From contig CM022673.1 in NCBI GenBank assembly GCA_012295275.1, positions 22,444,001-22,508,000 of the forward strand: a stretch of 64,000 nt of DNA, read 5' to 3'. The first letter of the stretch is position 1. Each line of letters begins with the position of its first letter. The DNA comes from Chrysomallon squamiferum. Lineage: Eukaryota; Animalia; Mollusca. The notes beneath the pieces are model-generated. The model searched no databases. It was not told the DNA's origin and saw only the letters and a list, made by a program, of their open reading frames with translations. Made by a program: the position numbers and the translations under genes. Positions 51,101-63,642 of this stretch are shown here, in pieces.

Positions 51101-54100
51101 GTTCTTTTTTATTAATACATTTTGAGTATGAGAAGTAAATACCTCAAATTAGTCACAAAATCTTCTTCTCCTTCTGTTCTTGTCAATGCAATAGTTCCTC
51201 CATAGGATCTGCAAGTCAGAGTAGCTTCTGAATAGTGTCGCCTCTGATCAAAGTATTTATAGCAGTACCCATCACGAAAAGCCCATCCCAAAGCACATGC
51301 TGATAAGATAAAAAGTCCAACAGAAAATATGAAACATCGTCCAAAATCAGTAAATATAATGAAATATAAAACAATGAATACTAGAATTAAGTATATTCTA
51401 AAGACCAATATGTTTTTCAAATTTATTAAATTTAAAATGAAACCACTTAACAAGGATGAACATTAAAATATCTAAATACTTATTAAAGTTTAAATACTGA
51501 GTTAATATTCCATTTAATGTTAATTTTCTTTTGTAAATGTGCAGAAAAACAAAAAAATTAAGAATTATATTTTCTTATATTTTGGAATTTCTTAGAACCT
51601 CTCAGACAAAACTATTAAGTAGTATTCTTCCTAAAAAGATTTAAAATTTTGTATTAAGTACCTCCACAGATATAAGGCCCAACTGACCACCTCCCACTGG
51701 TCAGACATTGTGCTGATGTCACTCTTCTGCTGGTCAGACACATTAATTTGACAACTTCGCCCACACTATATGATTTCTTTCTGTTATCTGACACTATATT
51801 GGCATCTTTTACATGATCTGGACTTGTACATTCAACTTCATTATCTGTAATAAATCAAATGTAAATTTTAAAATACTTGATTAAAACAAGATAATAAAAA
51901 AGGAGTTAATAAGAATAAGACAATAAATTTTATTATTTTTGTTAATGATGACAGTAACTGTGATAACAGAGTTTAACATGACTGAATGGTGATAAAACAA
52001 TAATATTGTCATAACAATTAGTTAATGTTTTTTAATACACTGACAAAACCAGTAAATGAAAGTAAAGTGATGTGTGGAAGATGGATAAACAGACATTTGG
52101 ACTTACAAACTATGGGATGTTCTACTGGTGGTAAGAATTTAGCACATGTCTTGGCACACTGAGACAACACAGTGTACACATTAAGAGAACAGAATCCAGC
52201 TTTCTTTAATTCTTCACAGTTGTCTACCTTGTCAAACAGACGTTCTGTTTTGGGTTTTTTAAACATAAATGAACAAAATTTATATACCATCCATTTTAAT
52301 ATAATACAATATAATCAGGTGGTAAATAATAATAAATATTTGAATGTGCTAGTTGATTTTAAAGATATACATGAATGTATTTTGAATGAGTAATTAAGAT
52401 AATTAAAATATTCAGTAAGTGTCAATTAGTCATAAATGCACAAACAATTTTTACCTGTGAGACAAACATCACAATAGTCTCTCACACAGTCTGCTCGTCT
52501 TATGTAACACCATGGACCAAACCCATTTCCAGGGTTACGACAATAATTATAATCTAACCCTGAAAACACGTCACTAGAGGAAACGAAATAATTTGTTGGA
52601 TTAATCAAGATTTTCAAAAACAAAACAAAAATTGTACAAACTCAAATTAAATAATAATTTTTTTTTCAAAAACCAAGTAATAATAACTGAATACAGTGCA
52701 CAAAACATGAAATCATCTCTCTGTATCTTAATTCAAAAAACTTGTTTTTGTTTTTTACTGTTTATATTTATGGAGTCTGATGTGATAAAGTAAGAGTACC
52801 TTGTTTTAAAAGCATGGTGTTTACACATAGTAACATCAGACCATGGAAGACAAGGCTCCATGCTGCGTGTGAAGTTGACTCTTCCTCGGTATGTAGTACC
52901 ATGATCCCGCACACTGTAACACATCTCATTAGCTGAAAGAAGATTATCAAATATTTTGTAATCTACCAATTACTTCTAACTTCAACATAATTTCATCTAC
53001 TGCTTGTTCATTTTAATCTGAATAATTCCTGACACCATCTATTTGACAAAACTGAATAGTTGAAACAACACAACAACAAGAAAAACTCCACACAAACAGT
53101 TAATTTACAATTTTTAAAAAGCATTTTAGTTTTATTTTTTTATTAGAGAATAATTGTGTTGATGAACTGAACTTACGAAATATAACTTTAAAAGTTGCCT
53201 TGAAACCAGGTTTCTGCACTTCCATGCTTGTTCTTAATGTCAGTTTAATCATGTTAAAAACACTGTGGATGCTGCCTTGAAATCCATCTCCACAATAACT
53301 GCAAGTATAGATTTTATTAGATTTAATTTTCAAGATAGATCTACAAACCACCAGTTCTCTGTGACTCATAACAATACATAATATCAGCTAGATTAGGACA
53401 GAACAATTCAAATTAGACTAATAAATAAAATGATTTGTTTAGCAAATATTAATTATAAAAAAAATAAAAAATTATGATGTGAGACTTACAAAGCACCAGG
53501 TTGTCCAATCTTGACATGGCCTATTTCAAGAGAATCTTTGCACTTGCCATTTGATTCTTCCAGACTGAAACTGTCAAAATCCATAACAATTGTGGTGTTT
53601 GGAGGAGACTGAAAATATAATTAAGAACAAGTCTTGCCATCTCACAGGATTTTATGTTAATAACATTAACTTAATTTTCAGCATTGTTTGATTTAGATAT
53701 AATTATCTCTTATTACTTGAAAATTTAAATTATTGTTAACAAAGTACAGGTCAAAAAGTTGTCAACAGTTGCATACAGTAACATTTTTGCCCACCATTTT
53801 AAATGTATATTAGAAATACTTTACAATTAGTTTACCTTGATAAGCCAGTAACATCTCAAGTCATTGGAGTACTGTTTTGGAAAATTTGGTGATCTTAGAG
53901 TCATCATTGGCTCATCTCGAGTAAGTTGAAGGATGCCACCACATTCTGAAACAAGAGAAACATTTTACTATTTTCACCTTATTACCTTTTTTTCTTTTCA
54001 GTGATAAAAGAACAAAAACAAAAAATATAATCCAATTTGATATATAAAATATTCATTATCTTTGTTTGCACAACAGAATGGTAGTAAACAAAAGGAAATA

Positions 54101-56886
54101 ATAATTTTAATTGTTTACAATTTTTTATACCAGCATATAAGATTTATTCATGCATTCAACTATTTTAAGAATTTGTTATATACAGTAATACTTACTAGAT
54201 TTATATGGTCTGTAGTAACAGAATGGAACATACACTATAGTTCTAAACCACTGTCTTGCCTGTGGATGTACCCCATGAAAAGTCTGGGTATTTTTTGTTC
54301 TTGGTAGTGTTCTTAAATAAAATTCTTCTTTTGTCCCATACATTCCTAATAAAATGTTAAAAAAAAAAAGTCACTCAATCACTATTTTTATACTTTCTAT
54401 GAAATGCCAGTACTTTTTGATATGTAATTATGCAGTTATATTTAAAAAATATGTACTGTGGTTATCATCTAAGGAAGAACTGTTTTATTTAATGGTGTAA
54501 TTGATACTGTTTTAAATTACAGCTACATCATACCACACATGGTTATAGTTAAGGACCATAGTAATAATTTAATACTGTTCTATTTTGAACAAAGTATTTC
54601 TTATAATGTACATATTACATACCATACAATCATCAGCATATGCTGCTGTGAGAAATGGTAACATGGGATAACCAATCATACTCCTAGCCAATAACCTATC
54701 ATTAATTTACACCCTTCTCCAGCAGAAATCATAATGATATATCTGTTTTTAGATGTTTTAGTTTGCTGTATGTTTCTTGAAACTAACAAAATATGGAGTG
54801 AGAATGTCATGAGTGAAATATAAAATTAATTTAGAAACCTGAGCATTATTGAATTCATCAAAATATAATTCTAAGATCAAAGGCCTTTTCTTTTAAAGTA
54901 TACCTTTAACATGCTGACATGTTCTGTACTCTTTCTGATAAAAAAACAAAGTAAATGGAATCTCATTTGGTAATTCCATTTCATCTTCCAGAAAGCCTGA
55001 ATTTTTACAGCAGAACTGAAATAATGGGTTTTGCCCAAATTTTCCATCTGGTGTTGTTCCACTTGTAAATGAATCTTTGGGCTCAGGAGGCATTCGACCA
55101 AAAAACTGAAGACTGCCTTCTTCAAAACCTTATGCAGGAAAAAAAAATGTCATAACTTTTTGTAATAACCTTTTATCCTTGTATTCTTATTTTTATTAGT
55201 GTTGTCAAGATAATCCAAAACAAGTGACCAGGTTAATGCTTCAGTATTTTAAACTTTTAAAAAATTAATTTCTAGTTTTTATCTAATGAAATGAACAAAA
55301 GGTCGAAATATATTTACATTCACTATTGATAATAATAAAGTGTGACACAGATAAAACAATATCATCACACAAAGACAAATTTCATGCACTATGCATCCTT
55401 TGGGGTTTTCTGTTATTGTTAATGGTGTTATCAAAGGTTGATGTCTTCAAAAATAAACAGTTACATGTTAAATTTAAAAAATGTAACAATTTTTATAGTT
55501 TTATGTATCTGTATGAATGTAATTCTGATGTTATAAGAAATTAATACCTTCTACAACTGACCTTCAGGACACATTCCTCCTTTTCTCAGAATGCAATAAT
55601 TTCCTCGTGGCCAGTCCTTCTTTGAATCACTTGTGTGTGGGTCATCACTTGTCCTCACACAGAAACCATATGTGTTGCCATTTCTAGAAAACTCAGACTT
55701 GAGGTGAACATTGGGTGCTTTCCACCTTTTCCAGGTTTTGGGAAACCAGTGAGACACTGTACCAAACTGAAACCCATCTGGACATCCTTCATCTGAGGCC
55801 AGCAAGGCATATGTTCCTCTAGGCCAGTTTTTTATTATTTTTGCTAGAAAAAAACTGATTTCTTTAGCTACAAAACTAAAATAAATTTGTAGTTTTGTCT
55901 AAGTCTCATACTTTCACTCTTAAATGTTTTAATAAATAAAAAATAATTGTGCTGGGTGTGTTATTTTATTTATTTTTTTCATTACTATTAATATGTAAAA
56001 TGAAGCCAACATGCATCTTTAGTTTCAGAATAGCACTATTTTACAGATTCATAATAATTTATTCTTTATTAATAGAATTTTTTAAGGCTTTCAGGATAAT
56101 TTGACTTCTGAACAACAATGCTGTTAAAAACTGCCAATAACAAATCAGCTAGTTACGAATAGCTGAAAATGAAGGATTCTTTTTATAGATCTAGTTTCTT
56201 ACGTTGCCTGATAACTGTTGAGCAGCCAGTTGCTGGATCCAAGCCCTCTGGACACATGCATGAGCATTTGCCATTGATTACAGAAACATAACCATCATTA
56301 ACACAGTGTTTTTTAAATTCTGTACAATACAAACCTGCAATAAAATATATTTTTATAGCAAACCAATAAACAACAACAATGGTAGCAGGATATCAAATAG
56401 CTGTATTGAAGAACAATGTAAAAGAGATTTTGATTGAAAATAGTTATGGAATACTGGTATCAAACCATTTATCCGGCAAGCTTGGGATGGTAGGTGCTCC
56501 AGATTTCTGGATTTGTTGGATTTCTAGATACATACTAAATACCTACTTCTATTTCAGTCCATTAAAAATGTTAAGTTGTCTGTATAGAATATGATCTATA
56601 ATAAATAGGATGAAAATTAAAGAAAGAAAAGAAAGAACATAATTTTGTTTAAATGATATCTGTACCAATTAATACACTTCTTAAAACAATTAAATTTCTT
56701 ACAGTATCATGTATACTATATCAGATGAAAATTAAATAAAGAAAAATAAAGAACATTATTTAATTTGACAGGTATAATGACTTCTATGAGAGATTTGCCT
56801 CTACAGAGCAAAAGTCTCACTTAAACCTGTGTATGTCACGGAAATGACTAATTTAAAAGTAGTCCCTTAATAATAACAATAGTAAC

Positions 56887-56940
<54 letters not shown>

Positions 56941-57199
56941 TTGCTGATTTCCTGAATTTTCGGGATTTATGGAAGCTGGATAAATGGTGTAAATTAAAAT
57001 ATTTTCTTTTTTTAAGAGAGATGTAATTTTTTTTGACTGAAAAATCTCACCTCTACAGTTATAGGTGTCAACAATTTCATGAAACATGTAAAAGTTTGAT
57101 TCTGCAACTAAAGATAATTCGTGAAAAAGCATAGCCTGGGTATCTCCTCGCCATCTGCGAAAACCCTAAATGATAAATAAATAATAATTAAAATATGTC

Positions 57200-57230
<31 letters not shown>

Positions 57231-60200
57231 TTGAATATCTAACCATAGCAGTGTTTCAATAACCAGTTTTTCAAAAACTGAATACCTGGCCATGATCGTG
57301 TGTCTCATGCACACAACTTGAAGAAACAAGCTGTATTACTGTCCTGGAGTTGGAACTGAGTTATTATTTTCAGACAGCGAGTTAGGGCTAACTTAGTTTT
57401 TGAAAAATGCATTGTTGAGAAATTCTTAACACCAGGTGAATATGCACATATATAAAAATATTAATTAAAAGAGAAAAAGATAACTGAATCTTCTTCCACA
57501 AAATTCAAATATTTTTGAAGCCAAACTGCAGCTTTCAAAAGTAATATTTCAGATATATCTAAAGTGCAGGACACAGATTAATTTATAGACATCTCTCAAG
57601 AAATCTCTGAGTTTACTTACCCACATTTTAAAATGCATTGGAGAGGATAAGTCATAACCATATACCACATAATCTTCTGGATCAGTTCGGTAATACCATT
57701 TAATTGCTCCTATAAAATAAATTGAAACCAAATTTTGACATGTTCATTTTGTTATTTTCTTAGATTAATAAAATTATAATAATTGTATTTACATCTACTT
57801 ATATTTCTACTAATTAGAAGGTAAAAATTATACATATAAATGTTAATAAAAAACAATACATTGTGACAAAGTTAGCTTTGATTCACCTACTATCTATAAT
57901 GTTCCTGTAGTTGATGCGATTCCATCCTGACCTAAGAGGGTTTCTATGTTCATGCATCAGACCAAGTGCATGACCCAGTTCATGAAGACATGAAGACTAG
58001 GGACAATAAAAATACATTATGTTAAAACAAACTTAAGGAATGAATATGCTTGTGAACTAAAAACAAAGTAGCTTAGTAATATATTTTAATTTTATAACTA
58101 AATGTTATTTGTAGAAAAAAAGTCTATTATACAGAGTTTCTTTTTTTTATGTGAGGTTTATTTTACTTTTTATTTACTGGTATATGTGCAGTTTAGATTA
58201 GGACCTCTGACATAATTATTCTGAAGTACTCAGATGAACAATTTACATTATTACCATATTTTGTATCATTTTTAAAATCAATTTCTCTAAGAATAGAATA
58301 TATATTCTTTGCTTTACTTTCAAGTTAAAATATACTTCATCCATAAATTATTTCTGGAATTAGCCATATTAACAAATTCTGGGATTGGAGTGTGTAATAT
58401 TATTATTATAAATTGTATACTGTAAAAAGTTTACTCTTTGGCAGCAGGAAATTGGTTGCTGTACACGAATATTTCCTATATGAGACCAACATCTGTAAAA
58501 TAAAGATTTGTAAGAGTTAAATATATTTTTATACATATTTTTAACAATCTAGAATTGAAATTATATTAACAGTAAATTGCTGTGAATAGTGTTTGTCTTT
58601 GCAGGTTACATTTAAATAATAATATGGAAACATATTAAATAAAACTTTCATTCTTTTTTTTGAACACAAAAATTAATTTACTCACCCTCTTGTTTGTCTG
58701 AAGAAAAGTCTGCCATCATGACTGAGACCATATTTTTCTCTGGTAGCCTCATCCCATGGTACAAAGCGAACACAAGTAAATTTTTCATATCTTGCCATGG
58801 CTGCTTCTATTGCAATTTTCCCATCAGGATCTTATTTTCAAAAGTGAAAATAAATGTAAAACATTGTTTTCAGAAAAATAAAACCAAAATAATAAAGGAG
58901 AAATAAACAAAATGTCATTGTATATGTATAATTTTAGAATTTACCTATGAATTAAATTACAGAAGACTCAAGTATAAATTACTCACCATATGTTTTAATA
59001 ATCTCAAATGGAACAAGTCCTTTCTCCCAATGTTTTTTAGCATTTCTAACAATGAAACGCTTGCTTCGTCTGTGGTGTGGGGTATTAAAAATTATATCCT
59101 GAAAATACAGAACACAACTTCTGCTGCAGATATAAAAAGGTAGGAGATATTACAATTGTCTTTAGTAGAAATGTAGATAGTGCAAGCATCCTATTAAGTA
59201 TGGCTCCAGGCATCATGCTTTGATAATAGCTGAAAAATTACCAGACTAAAATGCCAATCAATATTTATTTATTGTCTCTTAACATCTAGTTTTGATTAAT
59301 AACTATCTACCTACCTACCTACATACCTAACTTATCCACCTACCTATCTATCTACATACATACACATACACATATAAAAATGTGGAAAAATTGTAATACC
59401 TTAACATTAGTTTTTGGTATGTCTTCTATCTCTTCCTCATCTTCATCAAGATCTTCAGTATCAACAGGTTCACTCAGTGTAATCTCCACATCCTCATCAT
59501 CAGTTAGTTCATCATCCACATCATCATCAGTTATCTCATGAACTTCTGTCTGCATGGCTCTGTTTTTATCCTCCAGTTCCTCAATATCTATGTGTGCACT
59601 GCCAGATATACTGCTCACCAGTTTCTCTATGTCTGATCCCAGAGCTTGTATCTTGTCAAACACTCGCTGCTTCTGCTTCTCTTTTTCCAGTCTTTCTCGT
59701 GCCTTCTTGTCAAGCTCACCTTTGTCTAGTTCTATTTCATCTGGTGTGTCTTTGCTGTCTGTGGCAATCTGAAAAGGTGTAATAGTCAATTTCAAAACTG
59801 ATTATGAAAATTATTTAATCACAGGAACTATAGAAAACTGTAATTTTAATATTTATAATGAAAACACTTTAATTTTTTTTTTTTTTTTTTTATAAAACAT
59901 AATTTTTTTTTATATGTATGTATGTATTGGACTAACAATGTATTTTGTAAAGGGTAATTTACATGGAAATCAATAAGATCTTGATCTGGAGCAGGTTCTG
60001 GTGCATCAGGACGCAGTTTTCTGAATTCAGCAATCTTTTCTTGTCTGTCAAGTTCGAGGTCTTCTCGATATACTTGTGTTTCCATGGCCATTCTGTGGAC
60101 ATTTAGGGGAACCTAATAAATAATCATATAAAACCATTTTTTTAGAACATCAAAATTTGCTTTTTATCTTTCTCTACTTTCATTAAAATTATTAATAAAT

Positions 60201-60650
60201 ATTATAATTTGAAGCAGATTTAAAATTTTTGAAAAAAGGCAATGACACCACTGTGGTTTGTGTGTGCTATATCTTAACTTGCTCATACATTACCTTGATT
60301 GGAAGATATTCTAGTGGAACTCCTTTGTGTGTTACTATTTCAATAACATCTAAATTATCAAGAACCATCTCATCAAGTTCCTCATCATCTGTGTCTGCCT
60401 GTCGCTTGATTCGTTTTAATTGTGTATTCTGAAATATTAGCAGTGCTATAACTTTATATATCTATTTATCGATCAATGACAGAAATTAATATTTGATTAA
60501 TTTATTATACAGATTATTTTGTGAATTAATATAAAAATCAAATAAGAATTAAAAAAAAAAAAATATCAAAATGTAAAAACAATTATTTCTTACATAGTCA
60601 CTTTCACTGCATAATGTTGTCACCATAAGCACAAGAATGACAAGCCTCAT
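48187..60650 (-). CDS. Secreted mosaic astacin-family (M12A-like) metalloprotease: SP-acidic prodomain-astacin-EGF-ApeC-CUB-kringle-ShKT-like-CCP-CTL-ShKT-CCP-unnamed domain, about 1423 aa
   Basis: 29 coding exons, phases consistent, total 4272 nt: 60650-60594, 60428-60294, 60112-59963, 59768-59400, 59098-58987, 58830-58686, 58492-58435, 57996-57891, 57709-57621, 57165-57051, 56334-56203, 55843-55562, 55128-54904, 54345-54196, 53945-53836, 53608-53490, 53298-53177, 52932-52800, 52573-52455, 52244-52107, 51844-51662, 51299-51143, 50976-50873, 50627-50508, 50167-50033, 49720-49529, 49136-48929, 48767-48470, 48195-48187. Confidence 0.88.
49529..52244 (-). CDS. ShKT-like, CCP/Sushi, C-type lectin, ShKT and CCP exons of the mosaic protease
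   Basis: CAKTC (4-Cys ShKT-like); C..P...GEVVKLMC...C...GRWS...C (CCP); CALGW...CY...C...GQPND..EDC...WNDVKC...FVCQ (CTL); CKD...C...C...CHFTCGFC (ShKT); C.LP...C..GY...C...FTG.P..C (CCP). Confidence 0.85.
52455..53945 (-). CDS. CUB and kringle domain exons of the mosaic protease
   Basis: CUB: CGG...SPNFPKQY...CYWLI...FSLE...C.DSLEI...YCG...GFKATF. Kringle: CY...G.TYRG...CLPW...NYCRNPG....PWCY...YCDV. Confidence 0.88.
54196..55843 (-). CDS. Apextrin C-terminal (ApeC) domain exons of the mosaic protease
   Basis: WPRGTYAL..GCPDG...FC...WPRGNYCI..GGMCPEGF...PDG...FCC..G...LP...PF...CQ.V.G...CYY matches the ApeC cysteine pattern. Confidence 0.8.
57051..59098 (-). CDS. Astacin catalytic-domain exons of the mosaic protease
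   Basis: RRSKR furin site, then W.KG.VPF, TCVRF, GCWSHIG, HELGHALGLMHEH (HExxHxxGxxH zinc motif) and Met-turn YDLSSPMHF. Confidence 0.9.
57254..57420. mobile_element. Possible ~165-bp MITE in a protease intron
   Basis: Imperfect ~27-bp terminal inverted repeats with core TTTTTCAAAAACT / AGTTTTTGAAAAA. Confidence 0.35.
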
Positions 60651-61014
60651 CCTGAAATTTTAAACTGATAAATATTTTACTTGTAATTTAATATGATTTT
60701 ATCTTCACTAACAATACTATTATATTCTGTTTTTATTTATTAAATATAACTTATCCTTTTAATCAATCATATTAATATTCATTCTAAAACAGATTTCTTT
60801 TTCTTTCATTAATTTTTTTTTAATTATGTCAGAGGTCCTGAAATTTTTTTTTTTTTTTTAAAAACAAAGTTAAAAATAATGTTGAAAATTATTTCAAGTA
60901 ATTGTAAATAATGTTAATATTCACTTATTGAATAATAAAATATATTTAAATTATTTGATTTTAGTGAATGGATCTATCAAATGCAGGAGTTTAATGTAAA
61001 CAATTAGTGAAAAA

Positions 61015-61056
<42 letters not shown>

Positions 61057-61590
61057 TTTTATTTTTATTTTTTTTTTTTGAAAAGAAAGAAAAAGAAAAA
61101 TGGTGTCTCAAAACTATTAGAAGAATGGAGAATTAATACCAATCGATACCAAAAGAATTATGGGTAATCAGTTATCTGTATTTTACAAAATGGTATACTA
61201 TTTACATGGATAGGAGAGAAAGAAATAATAAAAAAAAAAATTAAAAATTAAAAATTAAAAAATAAAATTAATAATAAAAAAAGTAGAAGAAAAGAACAGT
61301 AAAAAATAAAAAATTAAAATGGCGTGTTTACTACATCGTGCAAGATGTTCACGAACGGGCACTGATCAAAACTATAAAAGCTAGTAATCTGCTACCATCA
61401 TTTCATTTTTTACTTTCCATACATTTATGCCAGCTAGTCCTGCAGTAACGACAGTTAATGTGCACATAAATATTGTTGGAAAATTGTGTAGAAATAGAAC
61501 TATTCATAAAAAATTGAAAAATAGTTTCGTCAGTTGACATTGTTCCAATTTACCTTTAGTCTTCGGCAACCGTTAATTCGTGTGACTTAC

Positions 61591-61765
61591 CTGAGAGTCG
61601 CAAATGAGTTGTCATCTGACAAGATAAAGCTGTTCGACCGTTTGTCAACATTTAGTCTATTAAATATAATGCCACTTACAGTTAAGATATTCAATAAATT
61701 ATTTATTCTTATGGCGTTTTATTTTGAAGATTTGACGTCATTTCGACAGAATTTATATGACGTCA
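61591..61765 (-). promoter_or_regulatory. Probable promoter and non-coding first exon of the mosaic protease, with two perfect CREs
   Basis: Minus-strand donor CAG|GTAAGT at 61591, TATA-like TATATTTAA near 61660-61668, and TGACGTCA at 61733-61740 and 61758-61765. Confidence 0.55.
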
Positions 61766-62234
61766 TGGGTACTGCTTGTACATTAAATAAAATGGCAGAA
61801 TTGTGATAAAGATGAAGTTTATTCAAAATAAAAAGTAATTAAATTTAAAAATTGATTCACTGATGTGCTGGGTTTTTTTTTTTTAATCCTTTTTTATTTC
61901 TCTCTTAATAAAGAGAAGAAAAACGCAAAAGCAATTACTGAATGAAGGTGTTCTTTACCATTTGACATTTATCAGTACTGCACACAATAGACAATAGTAA
62001 AATTATAAAGAGCATCCCCTCCCCAAGTCCAACGCTGTCCTTGACACTATAGTCTAATGATTTGCTGTCTTTTAACTATTAAATGCTAAAATATTATCTT
62101 TTTCAAGGAACCACGAATCAATTGTGCTGGGTCTCTACCCATCTTGCGGAAAAAATGTTTGTGAGCGATTACCACAGCTAGTGTAGAAAACGGATGGCCT
62201 TCACTATTAAAAATGGGAAGTGAGGAGGTATCTG

Positions 62235-62271
<37 letters not shown>

Positions 62272-62364
62272 ATAGTTTGACGAATTTTGAGATAAAGATG
62301 CTTATATATAATTTAGATTTTTTTATTTGCATTTATTTATTATTATTATTTATTTCATTATATA

Positions 62365-63642
62365 GGGTAAGGTGGGGTATTTCTGGCCCCCCAAGGTATA
62401 TTATGACTTACAGCAACGCTACTGTTCTGTCCAGGCTTCTGGAACTTTGTTGATATAAATAGAACCTTACTATCTCTCATTAGAACATGGATAAAAGTAA
62501 TCAGCCATTTACACATGGAGTATAGTGGCCATGAAAGTAGTGAAAACAAGGTTGTAAAAAGGTGCATTTTGAGGTTTCAGAAGCGAGTGTTATTTTTTAA
62601 TTCTTTAGACATATGATTAGTGATAACTTAAACATAAAATCAATTATTAAGTTCAGCAGAAGAAAATTGATTAATATATGGTAATTAGGTAAGGAGTGTA
62701 TGTTTTATTTTACTTGGCCCCCATGGATGGGGTAAATCTGGCCCCCACATCTGGTAGCCAAAATCAATAATTTTGGGATTGATATAGTCCGTTCTGAGTT
62801 TTATTTAAGCTTTTTGAAACAATTGAAAGTCCACGGTCCATCTGGTGGGTCATGTCATCAAATTCCAAATAAAATGAAGAGGATGAAATATGCCAAGGCA
62901 CTGACAGAAGATGAAAGTGTCATGAGGTATGAAGAAGAGTTGGCAGAGAAGAAGAGAAAGGAGGAAGAAAAGGCAGAGAGATAGCAAAGGTGAGAGAAGC
63001 AAAAAATTAACCAAAAAAAATAACCAGAAGAAGATACCAAAGGCAAAACAGCAGCTCAGTTTGAATGCTATAGCAGAACTGGTGGATGCAGTCATAGAAA
63101 ATGTTGGTCGTGACTAGCCTGAACTAGAAGACAGAAATATACAAGAAAAATGTGAACTCTGTTGCAGAATTGATAATAGTATGATCATAGGATGTGATGG
63201 GAACCTAAATTAGTATTGTCTTGATCCTTGCACAAACCTCGAAATCCCAGGACTTTAAAATTATATTCTTGTGTGATATCTGTCAAGGAGTTTAGTTTAT
63301 TCAAGTTTTGAATCTGACTTGTATAATGATTAGCACTAATTATTATCAATAGTAAACAATGATTACATAGCAATAATCAGTACAACAAATTTGCGGACCA
63401 AAGTACATCATGGATGTGGGGGCCAGATTTACCCCAAATCGTGGGGGCAAATCTGGCCCCTGAAAACACTTTATAACCTGGTTCCCATTTCAAAAGTACA
63501 AGCACTATGCATATAGTTTTTGTCTGTTTTTAAGCAGAAATACATATACTACACATTATTCACTCCAGTTTATTTACTTTTGTCTTTGAAGCTGTAGATG
63601 AGGTTGAATGGAAAAGGGGGCCAGAATGACCCCACCTTACCC
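62365..63642 (+). mobile_element. Internally deleted pogo-like DNA transposon with a degenerate C-terminal PHD finger
   Basis: 27-bp TIRs GGGTAAGGTGGGGT(AT/CA)TTCTGGCCCCC in TA-rich flanks. Subterminal GGGG(T/C)AAATCTGGCCCC repeats near 62730, 63418 (inverted) and 63443. Stop-riddled AKALTEDE..EELAEKKRKEEEK and C..C....IGCD...C...LCDIC remnants at about 62890-63290. Confidence 0.82.

Noticed and set aside
56464-56988. Degenerate MITE bounded by ACCATTTATCC(G/A)GC inverted repeats
   Set aside because: Only 14 bp of inverted match with unclear termini.
49640-57150. Two RGD tripeptides in the protease (WRGDT, TRGDT)
   Set aside because: Both lie inside folded domains, and occurrence by chance in 1400 aa is not unlikely.
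57887-57891. Donor AG|GTGAAT for the zinc-motif exon
   Set aside because: It gives phase 2 and an immediate stop; the donor A|GTAGGT four bases earlier gives the required phase 1.
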